From NCBI GenBank assembly GCA_964510945.1, contig CAZEED010000002.1:80924-144923 (forward strand): a DNA stretch of 64,000 bases. Reading direction: 5' to 3'. This DNA is from an uncultured Candidatus Saccharibacteria bacterium (lineage in GTDB: Bacteria; Patescibacteriota; Saccharimonadia; Saccharimonadales; JAGQNJ01). Positions 9,899-16,924 of this stretch are shown here, piece after piece (position 1 is the stretch's first letter; every line of letters starts with the position of its first letter). Under the pieces are notes generated by a model that was not told the origin of the DNA, searched no databases, and saw nothing but the letters and a program-made list of their open reading frames with translations. Made by a program: the position numbers and the translations under genes.

Positions 9899-10553
9899 TC
9901 AAGACTAAGCAGACTAGCCATGCACCCGGAAAATCAAAACTGTCTTCACACTTCGGCTCACTATCGTCGGTGCTTGCTGGTGGTGCGGTAGCGGATCCTG
10001 GGGCTTCTGGAGCTTCAACCGGATCCGGCACACCATCAGCATCATCATCAGTACGATCAACAAAATCTTCTGCTATTTCAGTATCGCCGATTGTAGGTTC
10101 TGTTTCGCCTACTGATCTGTCGAGTTTGTCTTTGGATACACGAATTCCTGCAGAATTACTGGAAGGCGAATTCAATAGGCTAGCAAATTGCCACTCGCTA
10201 TTTAGCATAAAATCATCAGAAGATAGAATAAATTGAGGGAGGTCATCTACTGTTTCGGCTCGTTGGTTTGGCCTACAATAAATATATAACCACTTTTTGC
10301 CGTTATCTTTTTTTCTCTTCAGCGTATCTACAAGAGGATTGTTTCCCCCAGCATCCTCTATTAAGTCAATATCTGCTTGAGTTGGGGTTCTCGTTACGTA
10401 TGCACAAGGAAAATCTGTCAAGACGTCTTCTAGGCTATCCAACGAGGGCTCTGCAAGCACAATCCTTGGCGAAAATATCAAGATAAACATCGGTGCTAAC
10501 ACTAAAAGTATCATGAGATAGCTTTGAAGTCTTTTTAAAATGATTTTGTTCAA
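9714..10553 (-). CDS. Secreted/membrane-anchored protein, paralog A: variable acidic ectodomain plus a conserved C-terminal two-helix module
   Basis: 279 aa, TTG start with a signal-peptide-like N-terminus (MNKIILKRLQSYLMILLVLAPMFILIFSPRIVLA). The C-terminal ~62 aa are identical to those of the next gene (...IVDSSVDSMVNAIADMLQVGRAEINDDGLKEAWSYFRNIASVLLVVIGLVMIIGQAVSKE). Confidence 0.7.
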   Translation of the reverse strand: MNKIILKRLQSYLMILLVLAPMFILIFSPRIVLAEPSLDSLEDVLTDFPCAYVTRTPTQADIDLIEDAGGNNPLVDTLKRKKDNGKKWLYIYCRPNQRAETVDDLPQFILSSDDFMLNSEWQFASLLNSPSSNSAGIRVSKDKLDRSVGETEPTIGDTEIAEDFVDRTDDDADGVPDPVEAPEAPGSATAPPASTDDSEPKCEDSFDFPGAWLVCLVLSIVDSSVDSMVNAIADMLQVGRAEINDDGLKEAWSYFRNIASVLLVVIGLVMIIGQAVSKE

Positions 10554-10554
10554 G

Positions 10555-10742
10555 ATACTATTCCTTACTTACTGCTTGTCCTATTATCATAACTAGTCCG
10601 ATAACCACAAGCAATACACTAGCTATATTCCTAAAGTAAGACCAAGCCTCCTTCAACCCATCATCATTAATCTCTGCCCTACCCACCTGCAACATATCAG
10701 CTATAGCATTAACCATAGAATCTACAGAGGAGTCGACGATAC
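10555..10742. repeat. 188-bp direct repeat, copy 2 (3-prime end of paralog B)
   Basis: Same as copy 1, offset 844 bp. Confidence 0.9.
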
Positions 10743-11670
10743 CGAGCACAAAACAAACAATAAATCCCCCGGTAAAATTAAATTGTTCATCGCAAGTCTT
10801 TGGGCTTTCCGGCACAGGTTGGCCAAGACCTAAATCTAATCCGTCACCACAGGCATCTACTGAAAAATCAGCTGGCCCCACAGTACGAACCACTCTTTTA
10901 TTACCCGTCATATTAAGATTGCCAGTATCGAGGAAGACTATATTCGTTCTACCACGACAATCTATTCTGGAATTGTAAAGTAACTCGTATGTATATTTGC
11001 CCGGGTCTACTCTTTTCATGTATTCTCTTTCGTTCGAGTTGATTCCAGTAGGAGTAAAAATAATCGGATCTCCACCACCTTCTGGAGTAATAGAAACTCT
11101 AACTAATTCTGCCTCAGAATCTGTTTTGGGGAATGGTGTTTTTTGCAGATTATTTTCTGGATCCAAAAACGAGAGCACAAAAGTTAACCTTACCTTGTTT
11201 TCTATCTCATCAGTTACATCGATGGTTGTTTCTTTATCGCGTCCACATTCATTGGTTAGATCCACATTTTTTGTAATCTCATCACCCCTACTTGTAGTTA
11301 CTGTTAGTGTGAATTTTGCAAATTCGGCAGTGAATATATCGTTTCCGCCTGTTTCACACCAACCCTTAATATCGATATTGGTAACCTCGAAGTGATCTTC
11401 GTGCCTAGATAGTTCATACGTACTTTCAACACCCTCTAGCTCATCTTGTCGGTCAATTCTTAAGGTTGCATCTGGGTCATCTGGTTCCAGGTAGACAATT
11501 AGCGCTGAATCTTGTGGGTCATCGGGATCTGCATGTCCTGCTGATACTTTATGAGTAGAAAATAATGTCACGCTGGCGACAGGCATTATTAGGGTAAACA
11601 TAAAAATGCTAAGAAACACTAAAATCCTAGACTCTATATTTTTAGATGGCTTTGTTTTGAATGACATCAT
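10558..11670 (-). CDS. Secreted/membrane-anchored protein, paralog B: different Cys-containing ectodomain plus the same C-terminal two-helix module
   Basis: 370 aa with an N-terminal signal/anchor (ILVFLSIFMFTLIMPVASVTLF). Shares the motif C-x-[DE]-x-F-[DN]-F-x-G-x-[WF]-[LI]-V-C and the identical C-terminus with paralog A. The N-terminal ~290 aa show no similarity to paralog A. Confidence 0.7.
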   Translation of the reverse strand: MMSFKTKPSKNIESRILVFLSIFMFTLIMPVASVTLFSTHKVSAGHADPDDPQDSALIVYLEPDDPDATLRIDRQDELEGVESTYELSRHEDHFEVTNIDIKGWCETGGNDIFTAEFAKFTLTVTTSRGDEITKNVDLTNECGRDKETTIDVTDEIENKVRLTFVLSFLDPENNLQKTPFPKTDSEAELVRVSITPEGGGDPIIFTPTGINSNEREYMKRVDPGKYTYELLYNSRIDCRGRTNIVFLDTGNLNMTGNKRVVRTVGPADFSVDACGDGLDLGLGQPVPESPKTCDEQFNFTGGFIVCFVLGIVDSSVDSMVNAIADMLQVGRAEINDDGLKEAWSYFRNIASVLLVVIGLVMIIGQAVSKE

Positions 11671-11736
11671 GCTTACGCTATAATTAAACCATCATCTATA
11701 TCAAAATAGTAATGTTTGTTACTGCACATCAAAAAA

Positions 11737-12318
11737 ATGAATCCGCAAAATCAAAAACCAGAAAACACTAATCCAGACCTTGATTTTATTCGTAATATCA
11801 CCGATCCATTAGAAGCGCCTGTAAAAAAAGGTTTAGATAAAAAGATTATCGTGATAATTGTTTTAGTGGTTATTACCATTGTCGTTATGGTGTTCGGGAT
11901 GATGACTGGCGCAAATAATAAAGTGCAGAAGTCTAGCAAAACCACTAATACATCAATTAGCAGCGATGCAAATGTATCTAAGGCAAAGGATACTCTAATA
12001 CAATATTTTGAATTGATGGCGCAAGGAAACCTCGAGGAAGCCTACAAGTTTTTCAGCGGTGATGCACCGATGACAAAAGAATTATTTGTAAAAGAGAATA
12101 GCACGCTACCAACACAACTAAACTTTTCTAGTTGTGAACCCGTAAGCTCAAACTCTGGATTGGTTGATAAAGAGGGTAAATTGATCCAAACATTTAGGTG
12201 TGATAGCAAGGATGGAAAACAAAGCATAGATTTTGAGTTTCATATGGATAGCTCGGATAACGGGAGTTTAACTATCCACGAGTATTTTATATATTGGCCA
12301 AACTTAGGAATAGAATGA
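11737..12318 (+). CDS. Hypothetical N-terminally membrane-anchored protein, first gene of the plus-strand pilin operon
   Basis: The ORF track starts at TTG 11716, but ATG at 11737 (MNPQNQKPENT...) is preferred. Single TM helix IIVIIVLVVITIVVMVFGMMTG followed by a small soluble domain. Confidence 0.6.
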   Translation: MNPQNQKPENTNPDLDFIRNITDPLEAPVKKGLDKKIIVIIVLVVITIVVMVFGMMTGANNKVQKSSKTTNTSISSDANVSKAKDTLIQYFELMAQGNLEEAYKFFSGDAPMTKELFVKENSTLPTQLNFSSCEPVSSNSGLVDKEGKLIQTFRCDSKDGKQSIDFEFHMDSSDNGSLTIHEYFIYWPNLGIE

Positions 12319-12349
12319 AATATAATATTACCCTAATGGATGCTAGCAA

Positions 12350-13054
12350 ATGATAAGAAGAATCTTTACCTTGTCGTTTCTATATACTTTCAGTGCTATT
12401 TTTATTAGTTCTGGATTACTAATGATGCTTTTCTCTGCCACAGTAATTGCAGAATCTTCAGATGTCTTTCATTTTACGTGCAGATCTCAAGATGGCTCCG
12501 AAGATGATGTTGTTTTAGGCCGAGGAAACCCACCTAAAATAAAATGCGCTACTAGGACTTCGACCCTAGGACGAGCAAATATAGGTCAAGATGACCCCGA
12601 TAACAAATACGATAGTTTTAGAATAACCTGTCAAACCGGAGAGCCAAAACTAAATATACTATCTACATTACCAGAGTGTTCAGACGGATCATCTCCGGTG
12701 GTAGAAGATCTTGACGAAGGTTCGCTAGCCGTTCCTCCTGTAGCGACTACACCTCCTGGCTCCGGGGGGGCTGCCACGGGTCGGTTTGAGTGCACGGGTG
12801 ATGCTTGTGTGACCGACAATCCGATCACAAGATTCTTGATAACCGTTGTTAACTTTTTAAGTGCACTGGTTGGAATAATAGTGATTGCTGTAATTATAAT
12901 AGCCGGGATTCAATACACAACATCAGGGGGGAACCCTCAACAAGCGGCGCAGGCGAAAAAACGAATTATTAATGCCGTCACGGCGCTAGTGGCCTTCTTT
13001 TTCTTGTTTGCGATTTTGCAGTGGTTGATACCAGGGGGTATATTTAAGTCATGA
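12350..13054 (+). CDS. VirB2/TrbC-like T4SS pilin paralog 1, with a ~150-aa extra N-terminal ectodomain
   Basis: The C-terminus LITVVNFLSALVGIIVIAVIIIAGIQYTTSGGNPQQAAQAKKRIINAVTALVAFFFLFAIL matches the two-helix pilin module shared by the next five genes. Cys pair FECTGDAC precedes it. Pro-rich linker VPPVATTPPGSGG. Confidence 0.7.
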   Translation: MIRRIFTLSFLYTFSAIFISSGLLMMLFSATVIAESSDVFHFTCRSQDGSEDDVVLGRGNPPKIKCATRTSTLGRANIGQDDPDNKYDSFRITCQTGEPKLNILSTLPECSDGSSPVVEDLDEGSLAVPPVATTPPGSGGAATGRFECTGDACVTDNPITRFLITVVNFLSALVGIIVIAVIIIAGIQYTTSGGNPQQAAQAKKRIINAVTALVAFFFLFAILQWLIPGGIFKS

Positions 13055-13431
13055 ATCTAATCCCTGCATTGCTATCTAGATTTGCTGCAGCTTGCCCTGA
13101 GCAATCAGTCTTTGGTATCCCGACTTGGTATAAATATTTGCCTGCAGAGACAGTTAACGGTGAATGTAAACTACTCGGTGATTTTGCTCAAAGTAAGTTG
13201 GACTCACTACTAGGTATTGGGCTGGCGATCACTGAGATATTACTTTTTATTGCCGGTTTTTTGGCTATCGTATACGTTGTCTACGGTGGGTTTCGCTACG
13301 TTTTAAGCCAAGGTGAGCCAGAGAATACAAAAATTGCTAAAGACGCTATTTTAAATGCGGTAATTGGGCTGGTTATTGCAGTACTTGCCAGCGCTATTGT
13401 TAGATTTATTGGGAATAGTATATCGACATGA
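13051..13431 (+). CDS. VirB2/TrbC-like T4SS pilin paralog 2
   Basis: 126 aa. Module is LLFIAGFLAIVYVVYGGFRYVLSQGEPENTKIAKDAILNAVIGLVIAVLASAIVRFI. ATGA overlap with the upstream gene. Confidence 0.7.
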   Translation: MNLIPALLSRFAAACPEQSVFGIPTWYKYLPAETVNGECKLLGDFAQSKLDSLLGIGLAITEILLFIAGFLAIVYVVYGGFRYVLSQGEPENTKIAKDAILNAVIGLVIAVLASAIVRFIGNSIST

Positions 13432-13742
13432 TCAACATCCAGTATCTGATGATTAGAGTTGCGCAGTTAATTCCAAATCCGGGCACTAAGTTACCGAATC
13501 AAAATGTGACCGAAGCTAGCCTGCAGACTACGATTGCTAATGTCTTTACGATTGTTTTTGGTGCATTGGGAGCTATCTCGGTGTTAATTATCACGCTAGC
13601 TGGCCTGCAGTACATCATGTCTGGTGGCGATCCAGCCAAGACTGCCAAGGCCAAAGATACCATTATGTACGCTGTAATTGGGTTAGTTGTGGCTGTTTCT
13701 GCGGGGGCGATTGTTAATTTTGTACTTAAGAAGGCGACTTAA
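13428..13742 (+). CDS. VirB2/TrbC-like T4SS pilin paralog 3
   Basis: 104 aa. Module is FGALGAISVLIITLAGLQYIMSGGDPAKTAKAKDTIMYAVIGLVVAVSAGAIVNFV. ATGA overlap with the upstream gene. No Cys pair and no obvious signal peptide. Confidence 0.65.
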   Translation: MINIQYLMIRVAQLIPNPGTKLPNQNVTEASLQTTIANVFTIVFGALGAISVLIITLAGLQYIMSGGDPAKTAKAKDTIMYAVIGLVVAVSAGAIVNFVLKKAT

Positions 13743-13746
13743 GAAT

Positions 13747-14127
13747 ATGCTGAGAAAACTCTCATTACTACTGCTAACAATTTTTAGTTGTTTTTATGTA
13801 GCGTTCCCAGCTGTAGTACTAGCGACTGATCCAATCGAACAAGTTTGCCAGATTAATCCAGATTCGTCGGTTTGTAAATCATCTACAACCGAAAATCCTA
13901 TATTTGGCTCAAAAGGCATAATAACTAGAATCACAAAAGTATTAGGGTTTGTTGTCGGAGTAGCCGCCGTGATCATGATTATTATCAACGGATTTAAGTT
14001 TGTGCTATCGAATGGCAATCCCGAGAATGTAACCAAGGCAAAGAACGGAATAATTTTTGCCATAATTGGGCTTTTGGTTGCCTTGTTTGCAGAGGCTATT
14101 GCAATTTTTGTAATGCAGAGGCTATAG
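13747..14127 (+). CDS. VirB2/TrbC-like T4SS pilin paralog 4
   Basis: The track ORF starts at 13687 and overlaps the previous gene. ATG 13747 gives a signal peptide MLRKLSLLLLTIFSCFYVAFPAVVLA, a Cys pair QVCQINPDSSVC, and the module VGVAAVIMIIINGFKFVLSNGNPENVTKAKNGIIFAIIGLL. Confidence 0.75.
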   Translation: MLRKLSLLLLTIFSCFYVAFPAVVLATDPIEQVCQINPDSSVCKSSTTENPIFGSKGIITRITKVLGFVVGVAAVIMIIINGFKFVLSNGNPENVTKAKNGIIFAIIGLLVALFAEAIAIFVMQRL

Positions 14128-14153
14128 TATTAACAGAAAAAAGGATAACAAAA

Positions 14154-14609
14154 ATGAACAAATCAAAAATCAAAAACATCTTTTTAAGCTTTATGCTCGT
14201 GCTGGGTATGATTACGCCAGTATCTTTTGCTATTCAATCTAATGCTTTTGCTTTGGTAGATGATACTCCAGCCGGTGATGGCATTGACCCAACCGCCGAG
14301 GTATCTTCGGCACAAAGCGATGTATGTAATGGAATCAAGGCCACCGGCGGGACATGTGATGATGCCCCAGGCGCCAAAACTGTCAAAGACATTATTGCAC
14401 TTGCAATCAATATTCTGAGCTTTATTGTCGGAGTAGCCGCCGTGATCATGATTATTATCAACGGATTTAAGTTTGTGACTTCTAGCGGGGAAACAGCGGC
14501 AGTGGCTAGCGCCAAGAACGGAATAATCTTTGCAGTTATTGGTTTGGTGGTGGTTGCTTTGGCTCAAGTAATTGTCAGATTCGTAGTTAATAGAGCGACT
14601 GGTCTATAG
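14154..14609 (+). CDS. VirB2/TrbC-like T4SS pilin paralog 5
   Basis: Signal peptide, Cys pair DVCNGIKATGGTC, and module VGVAAVIMIIINGFKFVTSSGETAAVASAKNGIIFAVIGLVV. Confidence 0.75.
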   Translation: MNKSKIKNIFLSFMLVLGMITPVSFAIQSNAFALVDDTPAGDGIDPTAEVSSAQSDVCNGIKATGGTCDDAPGAKTVKDIIALAINILSFIVGVAAVIMIIINGFKFVTSSGETAAVASAKNGIIFAVIGLVVVALAQVIVRFVVNRATGL

Positions 14610-14681
14610 ATACACTTGTATTGCGTATCAACAATGCTTATGATAAATTTAAACTAACAACAAACATAAGGAAACACACTA

Positions 14682-15101
14682 ATGAATAAACTTATCAAGC
14701 GAATAACTTTAACTACAATAGCTTTATTTACAATTTTAGCACCGGCAGGTCTTGCCGTCTCCCCAGTTTTTGCAGTTTCGGACGCTAATATCGATGATAA
14801 CCTATGTAAGGGTGCAAATCTTGATGTTACCGATGGTACCTGTTCTACTGATCCCGTAGAAGCACAACAGACTGTAAACGATATTATCGCAACCGTTATT
14901 AATATATTCTCGATCGTTGTTGGTGTAACAGCGGTGATTATGATAATTGTTGGAGGCTTTCAGTATATTACCTCTGGTGGTGATAGTGGTAAGGTGACGA
15001 CAGCCAAGAACACCATATTATTTGCGATAGTCGGTCTAGTTATAGTCGCGCTTGCTCAGGTAATAGTTAACTTTGTCCTATCAAAAGCCATAGACGTTTA
15101 A
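14682..15101 (+). CDS. VirB2/TrbC-like T4SS pilin paralog 6
   Basis: Signal peptide, Cys pair NLCKGANLDVTDGTC, and module VGVTAVIMIIVGGFQYITSGGDSGKVTTAKNTILFAIVGLVI. Confidence 0.75.
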   Translation: MNKLIKRITLTTIALFTILAPAGLAVSPVFAVSDANIDDNLCKGANLDVTDGTCSTDPVEAQQTVNDIIATVINIFSIVVGVTAVIMIIVGGFQYITSGGDSGKVTTAKNTILFAIVGLVIVALAQVIVNFVLSKAIDV

Positions 15102-15128
15102 TCGCTTACGAAGGTTAAGTTTAAAAAA

Positions 15129-15159
15129 GACCCACCAAAATTGGTGGGTCTAATTTTTT
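15129..15159 (+). terminator. Rho-independent terminator of the pilin operon
   Basis: Hairpin GACCCACCA-aaa-TGGTGGGTC followed by a T-run (taatttttt). Confidence 0.8.
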
Positions 15160-15291
15160 GTGGGTGTTTGTTTGATATTATTGTAACGCTTGAGATTATG
15201 TCATTACAAACCAGACTCGTTACCTAGCCTGTTAATGTCCAATTGTTATAATTACAATATGCCAGAATTCGTTGCATTGGCTATAAATATT

Positions 15292-15321
15292 AAAAAAGCA
15301 CCATTTTGGCGGTGCTTTTTT
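15292..15321. terminator. Bidirectional terminator (hsp20 on the minus strand; possible short plus-strand transcript)
   Basis: Stem GCACC/GGTGC with an 8-nt loop, flanked by an A-run upstream and a T-run downstream. Lies 20 nt past the hsp20 stop. Confidence 0.6.
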
Positions 15322-15340
15322 AATAAATCGAAGGTTTTTG

Positions 15341-15835
15341 TTACATTACCTGGATTTTTTTAACGGTGTCTTGTTTAACTTTCGTGAACGAGATTGTAAG
15401 CACGCCGTCTTTGAGTACTGCTTCTACGCCTTCCTCTTTGACCTGTACGGGCAATGCAATGCTTCTAGAGAATTCACCCCAGTAACATTCTTGAACGAAG
15501 TAATTAACTACATCATCTTCGTTACCAGCCGATAGTGTGCCTCTGATGCTAAGCGTGTTATCTGATATGTTTACGTCTAGATCGCTTTTGTTGACCCCTG
15601 CTGTTCGAGCCTTTACTACTAACTTTTCTTTAGTCTCGTATACGTCAACTGCTAATTGACCAGGTACTACTGATTCTTCTTCGTCCCATTCTTCGCCGGC
15701 AGCTTGTTGTGCGCCCGTGGCTGATTCTGGACTTTCGCTTTTTGTGGCTTCTACCACATCATCGTCGCTTAAAAAAGCGGCAGTTAACTCGTCTTCTATT
15801 AATAAATCCTCATCGTTTCGGCTTTTACGAGCCAT
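15341..15835 (-). CDS. Hsp20/alpha-crystallin family small heat-shock protein
   Basis: LAVDVYETKEKLVVKARTAGVNKSDLDVNISDNTLSIRG ... GVLTISFTK matches the alpha-crystallin domain pattern. Confidence 0.9.
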   Translation of the reverse strand: MARKSRNDEDLLIEDELTAAFLSDDDVVEATKSESPESATGAQQAAGEEWDEEESVVPGQLAVDVYETKEKLVVKARTAGVNKSDLDVNISDNTLSIRGTLSAGNEDDVVNYFVQECYWGEFSRSIALPVQVKEEGVEAVLKDGVLTISFTKVKQDTVKKIQVM

Positions 15836-15964
15836 GGTTGTTACCCTCCACTAAATGTAATTGTTATGTTGGCACCTTTTTATTTCTTATGCAAGTATAG
15901 CGTATTATGTAAGGAGTTAGCAATGGTTTGAACACAAAAATTACAACGCAATTAACACAACACT

Positions 15965-16633
15965 ATGAACCCGATTTATAACCTTATTAGTCTTTTAACC
16001 CCGTATGACTGCTTGTTTTGTGATCGCGAGGGGGCTTTGGTATGTAATAATTGTCGGCTGGAGATAATCGATTCTATACCTAGTAGGTGTTTTTTATGTA
16101 AATCAGCTACGAATAATTACGATACTTGTAGCAAATGCCGAAAACTGACTCCGCTAAAGAGGGTTTACGTAGCCACTACTTATAATGAGAATGTAAAACG
16201 CTTAATTCATAAGATGAAGTTGGGGTCGGCACGTGAAGCTACGTCTGTTATAGCTAGATGTCTGGATGAACTTGCGCCATATTACGACAATCCAATTGTT
16301 TGCTTTGTACCTACGACACCTGCTCATGTGCGCCTGAGAGGCTTTAATCATACGCGGTTGATTGCCAAGGAGTTTGCGCGGATACGGGGGTATAGATCTA
16401 TAGAGTTGCTATCGAGGACCGATAGCGCAAAACAAGTGGGCAAATCCCGTCAAGAGAGATTGTCGCAGTTAAAGGGGGTGTTTGCTATCGAAGAAAAACT
16501 TAAACCCAAACAAACGGTTTTATTAATTGATGACGTGACGACTACTGGCGCAACTATTAACGAGGCTACAAAAACTCTCAAAAAGTCTGGGATTAAGAAT
16601 GTTGAAGCTTTAATCTTTGCCCAGACAATTTAA
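15965..16633 (+). CDS. comFC: ComF-family protein (ComFC-like phosphoribosyltransferase-domain competence protein)
   Basis: N-terminal Cys-rich motif (CLFCDREGALVCNNC ... CFLC ... CSKC) and a C-terminal PRTase motif VLLIDDVTTTGATINEA. Confidence 0.85.
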   Translation: MNPIYNLISLLTPYDCLFCDREGALVCNNCRLEIIDSIPSRCFLCKSATNNYDTCSKCRKLTPLKRVYVATTYNENVKRLIHKMKLGSAREATSVIARCLDELAPYYDNPIVCFVPTTPAHVRLRGFNHTRLIAKEFARIRGYRSIELLSRTDSAKQVGKSRQERLSQLKGVFAIEEKLKPKQTVLLIDDVTTTGATINEATKTLKKSGIKNVEALIFAQTI

Positions 16634-16661
16634 CGTATTTTTAGGTTAAACTATCTAATAA

Positions 16662-16749
16662 GGAGAGGTGCAGGAGTGGTTGAACTGGCCGCTCTCGAAA
16701 AGCGGTAAGGCGTAAGCCTTCGTGGGTTCGAATCCCACCCTCTCCGCCA
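16662..16749 (+). tRNA. tRNA-Ser (anticodon CGA), CCA encoded
   Basis: Acceptor GGAGAGG/CCTCTCC, anticodon arm CCGCT-CTCGAAA-AGCGG, long variable arm, T-arm GTGGG-TTCGAAT-CCCAC, 3-prime GCCA. Confidence 0.9.
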
Positions 16750-16792
16750 ATAAAATATCCCCACCTGACTAGAGTGGGGTTATTTTATTGAT

Positions 16793-16924
16793 AGAGTTCA
16801 AAGCCAACTGCTTGGCTTTGAAGGGATTCGAACAGTCGGAACGTAGTTTGCCGGTACTCGGCAAACCGTGAGACGAGCTCATGAGCAAATTGCAAAGCAA
16901 TTTGACTTGGGAGTCGTATATCCC
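16793..16924. ncRNA. Candidate structured RNA / tRNA-linked repeat, copy S-A (132 nt)
   Basis: Identical to 25902-26033 except for 5 substitutions confined to one hairpin. Helices: TTCAAAGCCAA/TTGGCTTTGAA, closing GGGAT/ATCCC, GTTTGCCG/CGGCAAAC, CAAATTGC/GCAATTTG. Single-stranded motifs AGTCGGAA (16834-16841) and TGAGACG (16869-16875). Strand undetermined. Confidence 0.55.

Noticed and set aside
9711-10742. Repeated 188-bp units as a CRISPR-like or IS terminal repeat structure.
   Set aside because: There are only two copies, they are direct repeats, both lie in-frame at the 3-prime ends of paralogous genes, and no spacers or transposase are present.
13687-13746. The longer start (13687) for pilin paralog 4, given in the ORF track.
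   Set aside because: It would overlap the previous gene by 56 nt and add a non-signal-like basic extension. ATG 13747 gives a canonical signal peptide.
16793-16924. S element as a hammerhead or other small self-cleaving ribozyme, because a three-way-junction-like fold is present along with GTC and CTCATGAG.
   Set aside because: The hammerhead core CUGAUGA and the GAAA segment are not present in the required junction positions. I could not match twister, pistol, hatchet or HDV cores from memory. It remains an unclassified structured element.
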